From Eutreptiella sp. 'Long Island Sound 2002' (Eukaryota > Protista > Euglenida): a stretch of 64,000 nucleotides of DNA. The stretch is from the NCBI GenBank assembly GCA_964036045.1, contig OZ038378.1:142414001-142478000 (forward strand). The letters run 5' to 3'. Position numbers and translations under genes: made by a program. The notes beneath the pieces are model-generated. The model searched no databases. It saw nothing but the letters and a program-made list of their open reading frames with translations, and was not told the DNA's origin. This document shows positions 45,031-58,366 of the stretch, one piece after another. The stretch's first letter is position 1. Each line of letters begins with the position of its first letter.

Positions 45031-47502
45031 TCATTTTCCACCCCCAATGGTATGCATGTCCCCTCGTGTGTCTTTTGCTTGGCGCTTCCAAATTTTACAT
45101 CCAGCTTGGTACATTTGTTGTTCATCCAATCGTTGGATAGAGTTAAGGGGGGGATGCACGTTCGCGTCCTGATAGTTGTGTCGTGCTAGAGAAGGAAGTT
45201 CATGGAGCCCAACCACAGTAACTACGTTGCAGGGCTATCAATGAAAAGCCGCGCCTCGATGAAGAGGAATGTGGCGCAGGGTTCAGAACATTGTTGCCAC
45301 GTCGTCCTCTGAGCTGTTGCCTGTAATGATTAGGAGAGCGTTACAACACATCTCCAGTACTCACGCTTCAAAGCATTGTGCTCAGCCCTCGGCCTCTGAA
45401 CTATGTGGTCTTGGGTGCATTGAATGCATACCGCCTATGTTGCGGATACATCCCACAACCGAACGAGCTGAACATCGTGAGTTGGAGTAAAGGTCTTTGT
45501 CTCGCCATAGAACCAAGTTCTGACTCATCGTGGCAACGGCCTATTGATTTGCCTCCCTCCCTTGGGTTTTTTGCTGATGTAATCTCTTGCACCGAAAACT
45601 TGCATAGAAACAAGAGCTTGTTGGCAATGATGATTCGACATATGCAGACAAGACCCGGAAAACCAGGTTAGAATACCTCACGCACAGGGGATCGTGAGGT
45701 GGTACCTAGAAGCATCCAACCCTAGGTTCTAGTGTGTGCGTGCTAACGCTCACGGTGCTCACCATCTTCGGTAACAAATGCGCTCGGGGCAAATTGTGGC
45801 ATTGCATTTGGTGCTGGTTGTTGTGCACGTGCGCTTCTACTTTGGAGGCAAGCTATAATTTTGTGCACGGTGCCACATTCTGAAAGCTCAAAGATTCAAG
45901 CAGTGGCTTGCACCAAAACTTCATGCCTCGGACACTACATGGGGGGCATATCTTCCATCGGGCCGCCGAACAGCTTTTGGAACTCATCATATAATGAGTG
46001 ATTGGGACTTTGAGTCCGTTGCTGCAAACCATAGTGTCAATGCATGATTGCATCAATGAATATCCAGCAGCTACAAATGCAAAAGGGTGCAAATTGCATG
46101 CAAACATCCATAGGCGAGCCAAGAAATGTGAGTTGTAAGGTCTTGTGCTTGTTGTATCATGATTGGTTTCGGCACCCCACTTCGGAATCCTTGTTGTCGT
46201 CGCTGTCTTGCCACACATCTTGCTCGCACCATTCCGCCTACGAGTGCCTCCGCAGTCTCGTGCAGAAGCATATGGAAACGTGGGGACGCCGTGTCTCTAG
46301 TTGAGAAGCAACGTCATGTGATATGCGCTCGACACGAATGCGGACCGTAACAAAACCTTCTCGCCCGCACCCCGCCAAGCGGTGCACCCGCAAGACCACT
46401 AGCCAACACAACGCAAAGGCTTAAAATGTGTCTCCCACAGGGTTGAACCACCTCAAGGGGTAGTTCGTACCATGAACTCAAGCGGAGACAGCTACATCAA
46501 TGCAACCGTCACCGTGGAAGCCTGCTCATTGTTGCCTGCTGGTCCTCGCCGCTTGGAGCTGTTCTCTATCACTGCTTGCCACTGCGCCTCATTATCCGAC
46601 TCGTGGCGGCCGCATTTGAGCTTTTCTTGGGCGGCAAATTTGAGCCGCCAAGTCACGCCTGTTGTTGAACAGCATAGCCGAGGGTTATAGAGCGCAATGC
46701 AAATAGGGACACGAAGGCTCGCCACACGAGGATTGCATGAAGCTGAGAGCGGTGGGAGGGCGGGGGTCCCTTAAGAACCTTAGTTTCTGTAGAAACCGGA
46801 TTTCATGCCTTCCGTGGATGTGCCACTGACTTTGCATATATGCATCACACACAGGTGACCCCTTCCCACTTAGTTTGTTTTCATAGTCGATAATGGAGGG
46901 TGCGCCGCATGGGCTAGGCGCCCTCATCAAATTTTCGGCTGAGCACTGGGAAAGGTGGTCACACCATGTCCGCAGGATACGGGTACCTGACCTGGCCAAT
47001 GCGGAGTGGAACAGGGGTAATAGTTTCATGTAGGCCACCCGGTACTGGCCCAGGCGCTGACCCAAATCTCACGCGTGCCCTGCTCCAGCTGTCCACGCGT
47101 GTACACAAGGTCTGGCACCTGCAACAGCGTCCCTCTGTAGAGGTTCTACGCGGTTAGTAGATTCCACTACTCCCTGAGTTAATGCAACACAGGCACTACC
47201 TGTTATATCGCATGCTAGATTCTAGCCACCCAACCATGTCCTTGCTGTCCGGCAAGCGCCAGAAGGTGGAGAACCCCAAAGGAGTAGGAGGCAGTCCATG
47301 AGCCCCGGGTTGGAAGTAAGCGGCAAGCTCGCAGATCGTGGACTCCAGCCGTTGGATGCCTGAGAAGCAGGTCATGGGAGCTAGCGGAAAGGAAGGAGCA
47401 GGGGCAACCCTGCCGTAGAACATGACTGGCAGAACAGGTGCCCCTATGGACGAAGATCGAACGACACCCGGTATGGAACTGCTGTCCCTATAGTAGGAAC
47501 CA

Positions 47503-47952
47503 ATGGTCGTGAACGAGGACAATGTGCGCAACGTGAGGAATCAAAAGGGGGCCCTCAAGTGGGTACGCAAGCTGTCAAAAATTGTTGAAACCATGGCAGA
47601 AACTAGTACAAAAGAGGTGCCAATGGGTGTGCTCGCACATGAGACCCGGGACGTGATCATGAAGCCGGACAATTACGGCCAACGACTCCTGAAGGACGAA
47701 GCCCAAAAAAAGAGGCAACGAGAGCGGGAGAAGAAGAAACAAGCGAAGCTCAAGGCGACAAAGCGAGGCAAGAGAGAACAAAAGGTCCGGAAACAAGAAA
47801 ACCACAAAATGTCCAACCAAGCAGAGGCCTATTCTTCGGACAAATACACCTCGTCCAGCGACTTCTCCGACACCACAAGTTCATGGCGACGAGTGGACCG
47901 GCATGTGCTTTTGACCATCCATTGCACAGAGCAAAGGAGTATAAACTGGTAG
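47503..47952 (+). pseudogene. Lys/Arg/Glu-rich ORF fragment, possibly a decayed gag-like ORF
   Basis: The same frame continues upstream through stops; charged helical segment. No diagnostic motif. Confidence 0.25.
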
Positions 47953-48563
47953 TTGGCACCCATGCTTGTCTGTCTTCCTTCCCTTCACATACCCGATTTG
48001 GTATGCTTCGTCTGCCACCAAGCTTGCAGCTGGCACTAGTCGTTCCGTACTCTCTCCCATGAAGCCTCACATCGAGGCTCACATTGAGCATCGCATGGCA
48101 ACATCCCATCGAACCGATGCAATCAGCGCGTGCACAATGTGAATCCTACCGATCCAACAGTGTGGACAATCCAGAGGGTATGCCCAAAGGCACCCCCCCC
48201 CCCCTCCCCGAAATCAAACTGGTCAACAAATCCCAAGAAATGGGCGCAACAATCAGCGGACCCATTTTCCGGCAAAAGAGCTCACTAGTGACCTAGATTT
48301 CAGTCTCCAGAATCCCCAAACCCCCCCCCCCTTTTTTCACTTGTCATAATGTTCCCATGGCTGGGAAACACAAAATCTCTGCCCATTTCTACAAAGAACA
48401 ATTGACCCCCGGTGTGCATAGGACTTGAGCGGTTCTACCGCAGTAAGTTTTTAATCCGGTGGTATATGCATGGTGCTGCTACTTGAATGATTTTGGGTTT
48501 AGAACAATTTGGGCACTTTTTACCACCAAAATGACAGTTTCCCGACCTATCCGTCCCGCACCC

Positions 48564-50240
48564 CCCAAGAGCCGTGCTCTTGCATCTGCACATACCACCT
48601 CCTCTCGCAATCATCCCCCGATTTCTTGTGTTCTTCTTTGTGAACGTCCTTCTTCCTCTCGGCAACAGGTTTCATCTCCCCGGGCAACTTAGCATCACCA
48701 TCCGGCAACACGTTGTAGCTTGGGTCGTTAAGCATATATAAAACAATAGAAGCCCCTGATATGGAACCTCTTGCTTACAATACAATTTCCACTCCCCGGA
48801 CTGCTGCACCTTTTGAGGGGCTGTGTTGTTGGGGAACAAGAAGGTGTAGTGGTTAATAGCACGGGGCATGGAGTCACGTTAACGGGGTCAAAAACGAGCA
48901 ACTGATAAAAACGGGCCTGTTGGTTGCACTTGTGCATCTGCACAACAAGCAACACCTTGTGACCAACCGTTTCCAACATTCTAATGCGGGACAGCCGTAG
49001 GTTGAGCTTCTTTAATAGGTCAAGGAGGACAAGCACCCCCAAAACCTCAGCCATGAACGAAAGTTTCTATCCTTGCTTTCAATTGAAGCACTTGCGTATA
49101 CAGTCCATATGGGCAAAGGCACGCCTCTCGCCATCCGCATTCTTTGCGGACAACATGAACACGCATTCTTTCTGTGAACATGTAATGGGACCACCCATAT
49201 CCTCGTAGAAGGCCAATGACAAGTGCAAAAGGGAGCACACTTTCTCCAAAGCATCAAACACATTGTGCAGCATAGTGGGTAGTTGCACAACTTGGCCGGT
49301 TTCATCCATTTTTATGAGGCTTTTCTTTTTGTGGTCCTAGCCTCCTGCTTCAGCCAATTATATTGACGGCATAGATGCTTGCCATGGTGGGCACAAGGAA
49401 ACAATGAGACGGTCAGGTTGATAATGAGGGTGTGGGGGTCCTTCGGCAACACCGTTCACAATGTGGCATATGCCTGTGTTTTCCCGTGGTTCTTGACGAC
49501 CCGAGGAATTTGTGTGATCTAATACGTTTGGGGTGCACCACCACATGCTCCATGACACGTTTGCCGCCATCTCTCAACGTCACCCGTCGTCTGGTCTCAT
49601 GGTCTTGCACCGCCGCTACCTCCCATACGAGCTTCAACAAGTGGAAATGTCTCCGAATCTTGTACTTTTGGACGGGTGGTGTCTCTTCCTCGTCCTCTGG
49701 TTGCACCATAATGGTCATTACCCGACACACTTTTCCCGCACCTCCCAAGAGTCATGCTCTTGCATCAGCATGCAACACCTCCTCTCGCAATTATCCCCCG
49801 ATTCCCCGTGTTCTTCTTCGTGAACGCCCTTCTATCTTTCGGTAGTACGTTGCTTCTCTACAAGAAACTTAGCATCACCATCGGACGGCACCCTGTAGTT
49901 TGGGTCGTTATGCATATGGAAAAGAATGGAGCCCCTCATGATCTGGACCCTCTTGCTTGCAATATAGTGCCCACTCCTCAGATTACTACACGTCTTGACG
50001 GGCTATGGTGTGGGGGAACAAGAGGGTGTAGTGGCTGATATCACGAGGCATGGAGTCACATTGACGGGTCAAAAACAACCAGCTGATAACAACAGGCTAG
50101 TTGGTTGCGCTTGTACGTGTGCACCACAAGCAACACCGTATGATCAGCCCTTTCCAACATACTAATGCGGGACGCTTGCTTTGTCTATAATTCCACCACC
50201 TACGTATACAGCCGATTGGCAAAGGGACGCCTCTTGCCAT
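48564..50240 (-). repeat. Tandemly duplicated decayed coding block (period ~1180 bp); a diverged third copy lies at ~52560-53110
   Basis: cccaagag.c.tgctcttgcatc starts at 48564 and 49744. 49150-49690 aligns with 52560-53110, giving similar peptides (MAANVSW..WWC..V.DHTN.SGRQEP..NT...HIVN.VA.G..HPHYQPD). Confidence 0.85.
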
Positions 50241-50650
50241 TGAATCTACCCTTGCTTGGCCGTGCACAAGATGAGACAGGGGGTCACCCAACCGCAAGCT
50301 CACATCAACCCTTTACAATATCGCCCTTGCCCTTCGTCAGGGAGAGCTTTTGCCTTGTTCGCATGGCTGTACTATACATGCATTGCCCACATACTTTTTG
50401 TATTTAGTCATTCTCCCTCACATGAGGAGTGTAGGCAACGTTGCCACCCACGGCCATCACCACACAGCCAATCCCTGCGAAAGAGGGCACCCACTACCCT
50501 GAGAATCCATTTCTCTTCACGGGATAATCTAGGCAACGCATCCTGTGCAAACCGGCGTGTGCCGACAGAGGATTTGCTGCACACTTAACCCTACCCCTCT
50601 CCAATTTGGTAGTGGCCGTCGCACTGATTCCTAGTAAACAATTTCAATAA

Positions 50651-51584
50651 CTAGCGCACCGAAAAACTTGCTGTGTTGTGCTCAGCCTGACTGGGAGCAT
50701 GTCCCTGCCAAACGCCGCCAAACGCCAGCCCGTTCCCCTCCTTGACGCCGCCAGACACGAACCACACACCATTGCTTAAATGTCGAATAGCATGGATCGC
50801 TTTGGACACAACCAGACACAAGAGGTAAAAACTGATTGAAGGTCTGCCACACATCGCGAAACGCAAGCCTAACCACCCGTGGCACACTAACATCTAGTCT
50901 CACCACTACTTTTTCAACCTGTTCACATGCGTAGGGCGTTCATAGTTGGGCCAACTAGGTAACAGAGCAGGTTCAATCTTGTTAACTCTTTGTAGGCACC
51001 AATGTGAGTGTAAACTTAATTTCCATTTCCTCTTTTGGCTGGCCAGCCACAAATGCCGAAAAGGGATAAGATGCACGCGCACAAAATTCCTTGAGCTCTG
51101 CAGGGTGCAGGGTGCCCTTTCTTACTACAGGCGTAGGAACAATCGACACACTCTTCATATGCAGCAATTGGAGTTACATGGCCGACTGCGGATGCTAACA
51201 CGGTGCACATAGGGGGATCAGCGGGCTGACTCTCCACGATGTGTGACAATTTTTCTAACCGCAGGCACCACTTTGTGTTGAATGCAAATCACATTCAAAT
51301 TCTGAATTGAAATGGCATTCAAGTACGAAGAAAGGAATAGTGAGGTTGAAGGTATTCTGGTGTTTTGGTGCCTATACCTCATTCACATTCACCACGCCAG
51401 AGACATGGATCTCAACCGCAAACTCCATCTCTTGACCAAAAAGCTCATGGCTGGGCCAGAAGCCCCACTCCCATGTTTTTCGCGTGCTGAATACCTTACG
51501 CACCCTTTTCTTCTTCGACATTCCACTGAACACACATACAAGTAATTGGTTTTGTGGAATTGCCTCGATGAAACTAACAACCAC
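50651..51584 (-). pseudogene. MATH-like domain remnants downstream of the BTB-BACK relic
   Basis: RKVFSTRKTWEWGF..ELF..MEFAVEIHV and GWLGLRFAMCGRPSISFYLLC resemble MATH-domain strands; fragmented. Confidence 0.3.
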
Positions 51585-51879
51585 CAGTTAAAGCAGACCT
51601 TAACCGAAAGAGCTTCTGAGCAAGAAATTTCAATCACCAACCCTCACAGTACCCGATGCAACGGTATCTTTGCTAAGACGACGGTTGAATATGTACGGGC
51701 GATGTCACGCTGAGTGTACCGCTCGCAGCGAAAATTTGCGTCCTGCCGCGCCATTTTCCCGCACACATCGGCTTTGCGGGTGTGTCACCCTTTCTTTTGA
51801 CACCATACCACTATCCACGGCTTTTGTTGTGCGCACCCGAGACATGAAAGCCCACCGGATTAGGGTGGTGAGTGTGACT

Positions 51880-52460
51880 AGCACTTTTGTGAGTGGTGGT
51901 TCAGCATTTTTTTGTTGGCTTCGGCCTCATTGCACCATAACCTCGTAAATGTCGTCCTCATCCAGCACTACACCACTATCACAGATGATTTGTGCCAGTT
52001 CGTCTTCCGTGCAGTGTGTGATGTCTGTTCCGGCCGCAAGAAAGGCCTCTCTTGGGTGACACTTCAGTTGCTGTAGGGCCTTTGTCTTGACAAAAATGAG
52101 ACTATCTATATCCTACCAAACATAGTTGTACTGCGGTTGTAGGCTGTAGGCAGGCATTCGTTTCATTGACCACTTGCCCCATCAACTTATCCGCCATATA
52201 TAGGTAGCAAAGTATGTACAGGGTTGATAACCTCTCGAAGTCCAGATTTGCACAGTATGCATCCTCAGATGCACACATGTCCACGAATCCCTGCATTACG
52301 GTGGCATCCTCCTATTGAAGTGGAATCCTCATCACCAAGGAGTCCTCCCACTCATGCGATAGCATGGCCGACAATACTTCAGAATGTTTGTGGACAACAT
52401 CCTTGTGAGCAGCAACAAGCACTTGGTGTGCCCCAACAGCAAAACTGATGATTGCTTCAA
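51880..52460 (-). pseudogene. BTB/POZ-BACK domain protein pseudogene
   Basis: A single frame with stops: ISFAVGAHQVLVAAHKDVVHKHSEVLSAMLSHEWEDSLVMRIPLQ*EDATVMQGFV..LYILCYLYMADKL..HCTEDELAQIICDSGVVLDEDDIYEVMVQ*..LIRWAFM. Confidence 0.7.
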
Positions 52461-53499
52461 AAAATGAGAGAGAATGTCAAAGTAGAGCAATACCAAGGCC
52501 TTCCAAGTTTACTCTATCAAAAAAACAAGGCAATTCGGTGAACGGCTTTAGGGTTTGAGGACGTGCGTGAAACCGCACCCTTTGGGGACACCATCAACGT
52601 GAATTCTCTCAATAAACTTGCAATGGGACCTACCATATACACATAGAAGCCCGATGACAAGTGCAAAAGGAGGCACGCTTTCTGCAACACATCAAAGACA
52701 TTGCGAAGCACGGTTGGCAGTTGCACAACGTCGCCATCTTCACCCGTTTTGGTGAGGCTTTTCTTTTTGTGGTCCTAGCCTTTTGCTTGAGCTAGTGATA
52801 TTGACGGCACAGATGCTTGCCGTGGTGGGCACAAGGAAACCTTGAGATCGTCAGGCTGATAGTGAGGGTGGTCCAGTCCTTGGGCCACGGTGTTGACAAT
52901 GTGGTACGTACTTGTGTTTCCTTGTGGTTCTTGCCGACCCGAGGGGTTTGTGTGATCTATTACAACTGAGGCGCACCACCACACGTTCCACGACACGTTC
53001 GCCGCCATCTCTGAGCTTCAGCCGTTGTCCGCTCTCATGTTCCGGCACCGCCGCTACCTGACGCACAAGCTCGAAAAAGTGGAAACTTCTCTGAATCCCA
53101 TACTTTAGGCCAAACCGGTCACAAGTAACAGTCACTCAAGGTTAAATGGCTTCCGTCCCCAAATTCTAAGAGTACAACCTGTCGTCTCTTGCATCCTCCA
53201 AGTTTTGGATGCGTGGTTTCGGGGTCTACAGAGGGCATTCTGTTTTGTCGGGCCACAGAAGCATTGTTCCCTAGCAAAGGACTCATGGTTTGGGCGAGGT
53301 CATGCGGCTGCTGAACTTTCAACCCTTCCATCCATCAACCCCATCCAACCATGATCAATGCACCTGCCTACCGCACACAAGACACGCCAAAGACACCAGA
53401 CATGGGAATCACAATCAATCCAAACGACAACTCCATTAGACAATCTGCGGAACGTACATGATCAAAAGCAGGATCAATGCCCACCGCACGGAAGAAACC

Positions 53500-54250
53500 T
53501 CAAAAGAGCCAGCCATGGGTATCTGTGACTCATGCCATGCCCCGTGTCGTCGTGCTTGGCATGGATGTGGTTTCGTTGGTACCCCCACCCCATTTAGCAT
53601 CTCTAAAGTCCCTTCGTTTCAACCAGACCCTCAAGGGGCTCGCTCTGCTTTCGATTCGGCTTGCTATAGGGCCCCTCTCCCACTGTGACCCCCATGCTTT
53701 TATGTGGTTCGCCACGAAATGATGCATTTCCAGGTATGAAACCCATGATGTGGTGGGCCATATGTCACATTGTTCTTACCATGTGCCACGCCTTCCTTCA
53801 AGTGTAATGCACTCCTTATTTGACTTTCTTCGCATTTTTCAAAGTGGTCAAAACAGAAATCACCTTGGGTGGAAGCACGTAAATATGATTATGGGAGTAT
53901 TGTGTAACCATGCCGTTTCTCACCTTTTTTGAAAGGAAACTTACAATTCCATGACTGACCAACCCACCGTTACCTCCCGTGTACATGGTGTGAGCCTCGC
54001 ACCTACCAAGGAAAATTTCCGGGTTGTGGCGTTTCTTTTTCAGATCTAGCATCTTATGGCCGGTTTGTAGCCTTCTACGTGCCCCTTCGTTACTAAACTT
54101 GATGGTTGTGGGATGACCCACAACAATGTGATACCATTGGAAGCCAAATCCCATGGTCGAAGGCTTGCACGATGCTCCACTCAGAGACATTTTATTTCGC
54201 AACACAACAACGTTGAAATGCTAGCCTAGTCAGGCATAGATTGGTGTACC
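53500..54250 (-). pseudogene. Decayed MULE (Mutator-like) transposase catalytic region
   Basis: QWY...HPTTIKFSNEGA (TD position mutated), PEIFLGRCEAH (CxxH, C 53999-54001), W..YLE..AW..ASRIES..LRVWL (E 53650-53652). Confidence 0.5.
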
Positions 54251-54567
54251 TTAGTTCCACACGACACATTTTCAGGACCATACTGAATGATGTGCTACGC
54301 GGATTCGCTTAGGGCCGTGACGGATGGTACGGACATTGGGTTGTGCAATTACACGGTTCCTTGGCCTGTCGACTCTCTTACAATTTGCAACTCGGACTCG
54401 CTTGTTTGTTTAACTTCCTGGCAACTTGGGTGTTCTCAACCCAAATTGTTTCATGTGTGGTTTTGTTGCCCCCCTTTTGCATCGTTTGGGGCTGCATTCT
54501 CTTCTCCTTCTTTATCCACTTTGCTCACGTTTTTTCCAGCGCCTCCGCTACACGTAGTTACACACGT

Positions 54568-56438
54568 TTGTCCTTCATCATGGTATGTCAGTAATCTACG
54601 CGTATATGCAAACAAATATCCAATCTTCAAGCCGTGACTCCATGTGGAAACACTCATATGATCCATAATCTCACGATTTAGGGTGCCAACCAAGTACCCT
54701 AACTGCTTCGAGCAGTGGCCACTAATATAGGTGATGCCGCAATTTCAGGTTGTAGTTGGGACAAGGCATTGTCACACTCCAACCGGAGTTGGAGTCGGTG
54801 ATTTTCCTGCAATCACCGAATGATTTTTCGCGGATTGCTTTTGCAAAGCCATAGTTTGCTTCATAGATGCCGCCCTTGCTTACGCTTTCGAGAATGCAAG
54901 GGCTCTTAGAAAGTTCTAAAGCATTGTTGACGTGCAGTCCGAGTCTAATGATTTGGGAAACTCTTGATCTCTTCCGGGCCGTGCAAGGGCTTCATACAAG
55001 GTTCACCGTTGGCTTGCTATTTTCAGACAATCATCTTCTTGTCCTTCATCATGTTATGTCAGTACTCTACGCGTATATGCAAACAAATATCCAATCTTCA
55101 AGCTGTGACTCCATGTGGAAACACTCATATGATCCATAATCTCACAATTTAGGGTGCCAACCAAGTACCCTAACTGCTTCGAGCAGTGGCCACTAATATA
55201 GGTGATGCCGCAATTTCAGGTTGTAGTTGGGACAAGGCATTGTCACACTCCAACCGGAGTTGGAGTCGGTGATTTTCCTGCAATCACCGAATGATTTTTC
55301 GCGAAGCCATAGTTTGCTTCATAGATGCCGCCCTTGCTTACGCTTTCGAGAATGCAAGGGCTCTTAGAAAGTTCTAAAGCATTGTTGGCGTGCAGTCCGA
55401 GTCTAATGATTTGGGAAACTCTTGATCTCTTCCGGGCCGTGCAAGGGCTTCATACAAGGTTCACCGTTGGCTTGCTATTTTCAGACAATCATCTTCTTGT
55501 CCTTCATCATGTTATGTCAGTACTCTACGCGTATATGCAAACAAATATCCAATCTTCAAGCTGTGACTCCATGTGGAAACACTCATATGATCCATAATCT
55601 CACAATTTAGGGTGCCAACCAAGTACCCTAACTGCTTCGAGCAGTGGCCACCAATATAGGTGGTGCCGCAATTTCAGGTTGTAGTTGGGACAAGGCATTG
55701 TCACACTCCAACCGGAGTTGGAGTCGGTGATTTTCCTGCAATCACCGAATGATTTTTCGCGGATTGCTTTTGCAAAGCCATAGTTTGCTTCATAGATGCC
55801 GCCCTTGCTTACGCTTTCGAGAATGCAAGGGCTCTTAGAAAGTTCGAAAGCATTGTTGACGTGCAATCCGAGTCTAATGATTTGGGAAACTCTTGATCTC
55901 TTTCAGGCCGTGCAAGGGCCTCATACAAGGTTCACCGTTGGCTTGCTATTTTCAGACAATCATCTTCTTGTCCTTCATCATGGTATGTCAGTACTCTACG
56001 CGTATATGCAAACAAGTATCCAATCTTCAAGCTGTGACTCCATGTGGAAACACTCATATGATCCATAATCTCACAATTTAGGGTGCCAACCAAGTACCCT
56101 AACTGCTTCGAGCAGTGGCCACTAATATAGGTGATGCCGCAATTTCAGGTTGTAGTTGGGACAAGGCATTGTCACACTCCAACCGGAGTTGGAGTCGGTG
56201 ATTTTCCTGCAATCACCGAATGATTTTTCGCGGATTGCTTTTGCAAAGCCATAGTTTGCTTCATAGATGCCGCCCTTGCTTACACTTTCGAGAATGCAAG
56301 GGCTCTTAGAAAGTTCGAAAGCATTGTTGACGTGCAATCCGAGTCTAATGATTTGGGAAACTCTTGATCTCTTTCGGGCCGTGCAAGGGCTTCATACAAG
56401 GTTCACCGTTGGCTTGCTATTTTCAGACAATCGTCTTC
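54568..56438. repeat. Four tandem copies of a 471-bp unit (copy 2 has a 13-bp deletion)
   Basis: ttgtccttcatcat starts at 54568, 55039, 55497 and 55968. Copies are nearly identical, and the same ORFs recur in the ORF track. Confidence 0.97.
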
Positions 56439-56614
56439 GTTGTGAAGGCCTCCGTTACAGACAACATATGCCTGTTGCAAGCTTGGCTTTTTTTCCTGGC
56501 CTCTAAAACCACCGATAGGGTATTCTTCTTTCTGCAATAGGTGGTGGGCCCATGTATTTGAGGGTGGTAACTTGCTTCAATCTTCCTCCTCTCTGTCTCA
56601 CTTCTCCCTCTGTG

Positions 56615-56641
56615 TCTCTCTCTCTCTCTCTCTCTCTCTCT
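56615..56641 (+). repeat. (TC)n microsatellite
   Basis: Seen directly. Confidence 0.95.
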
Positions 56642-57560
56642 AGTTGCTATCCAGTCCTTTGCATTGTGTTGTTATGTCCTTGCACAGTTGGTCACCGCAA
56701 CTGTTAGTCCTAGTAGCCGCGTGCAACGGAGGCACTTTACTTTTCAATTTAAACTTTGACAAGTAGATTTACGATTAGTATTTTGGGCCCATTTGAGGGG
56801 GGGGGTTGTCTGCCTGTGCTTATCCTTCATTTCAACGTAGCAACGGGTGGACGTTGAAGCGTTCGTTCGTGGCTTGCCACCATGCACTAATGTAGGCTCG
56901 CCTCTGCGCTGGTTGGTTGGTGACAATGAGCCAAACGATCAAAACCAAAAAAGCTACTACAAGTTGCAAGTTGTAAGACCAAAGGGCTCGGCTAGAAAAT
57001 AGTATCTTTGGGCCAGGTCACGCTAGTTTTTGGGGAACGAATTTCCATGCCATCACTCACACCTTGAAATGCATTTGCGTGCCAAGGCCTTCAACATGTT
57101 CCCAGAACTGTGGGGCACGGAACCATGGTACCCCAACCTATGCTAGCAACATTGATGTTGTTAGCAAGCGGTTCATCCAAGCGAGCCCCCAAAGATGCCG
57201 TGCTAGGGATCAAGACGTTCGAAAGTAGATGACATAACACATTTGGATTGCAACGTAATTGTCAAAACATCGCTTCATATTTCGAAACATCTAGTTCCGT
57301 GCTAGTGAGAAGTCGGGGTAGCAGTATGCCCTCCAAATAATGCTTGATCACAACACACCAGACCAACAAAGTAGACGGCGAGAACATGTGGCTCAAGACC
57401 AAAGACACCGGCAAAAAACACCTGGCCTTTCGAAGCTCACTGGTGGACTTATGTCAAGTGGGACAACAAACATGAAAGTGCAAGACCACCTGGCGTTATT
57501 GAGTTTTTTTGATTGCCCCGCACCAATGACGTCACTCAACACAAGAAGGTTGCTATAGCA

Positions 57561-57561
<1 letters not shown>

Positions 57562-57593
<32 letters not shown>

Positions 57594-57602
57594 GCTGCTG
57601 CT
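57562..57602 (+). repeat. (TTG)n(CTG)n microsatellite
   Basis: Seen directly. Confidence 0.95.
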
Positions 57603-58049
57603 AGTGCGCTTGCTGGATGTTGCTCGTGTTGCAGCTGTTGGGGTTGTTGAAGCAAGTGCTGCATCTCATGTCACAGCAACTGTGCCCGGACGGCGAGGCT
57701 GTGCACGAGGCAGAAGCGGTGCTTGTGGGGGTGTTGCATTGTGTTGTTGTTACCGTCTTCGGTGCTTGTGCTAAGTCGTAGAAGATAGTCTCCGGTAGTT
57801 GCGTTACCACGAGCCGAGGGCCTGGGGGAAGAGAGGGAAGGAGTTGAGGGCAATGTCGAAAACAGAAAATCCGCCCCCTTTCAAACTAATCCTCCAATAC
57901 AAATCCCGCCACCTGAATTGCTAACACCTCAATGCACAATGCCGCTAGCATGTCCAATGTTGGAGGATCGAATTCGTAGTTGTCTCAGGCAAGGTGCTTA
58001 GTTGGGCTTGGGTTCATTCATAGTTACCACACAATGTTACAAAATAATG

Positions 58050-58366
58050 TTACAATGTTACAAAGCCGGACAAATGACTGGCCATACTTGTTTCTTGCGA
58101 AGTGGAAATATGCACATTCCACGGTTGGAGGGAGAGCACAACTGGGCTTGTTTGTGAGTTTTACGTAGGGGAGGGGGGGGCACTGTCTTTTCCATAAAGA
58201 CTGGCCTGTAAGCATGTAGTATAAGCAGTGTCCAATACCAATCTTTCGTATCAACAGCAAATGGTAGCATTTCTCTGTTGTGCAGAAAAGCGGTCATCTC
58301 AATCGCTTTGGTTTCCAAATGAATTGACACATTTGGTTGTTCAAGGTGATTTCCATGGATGATTCG
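58050..58366 (-). pseudogene. Heavily decayed protein kinase fragment
   Basis: RIIHGNHLEQPNVSIHLETKAIEMTAF weakly resembles HRD..N..DFG, and IGHCLYYMLTGQ resembles G..LY.MLTG. No catalytic residue is intact. Confidence 0.3.

Noticed and set aside
45850-46250. Possible C5 DNA methyltransferase or USP-like fragment (SCW..D; SLYDEF)
   Set aside because: No PCQ/ENV or Cys/His box motifs in correct spacing; too degenerate.
54568-56438. CRISPR-like array (hairpin-containing repeats), also considered for 17479-17712
   Set aside because: The units are contiguous tandem copies with no unique spacers, there are no cas genes, and the context is eukaryotic.
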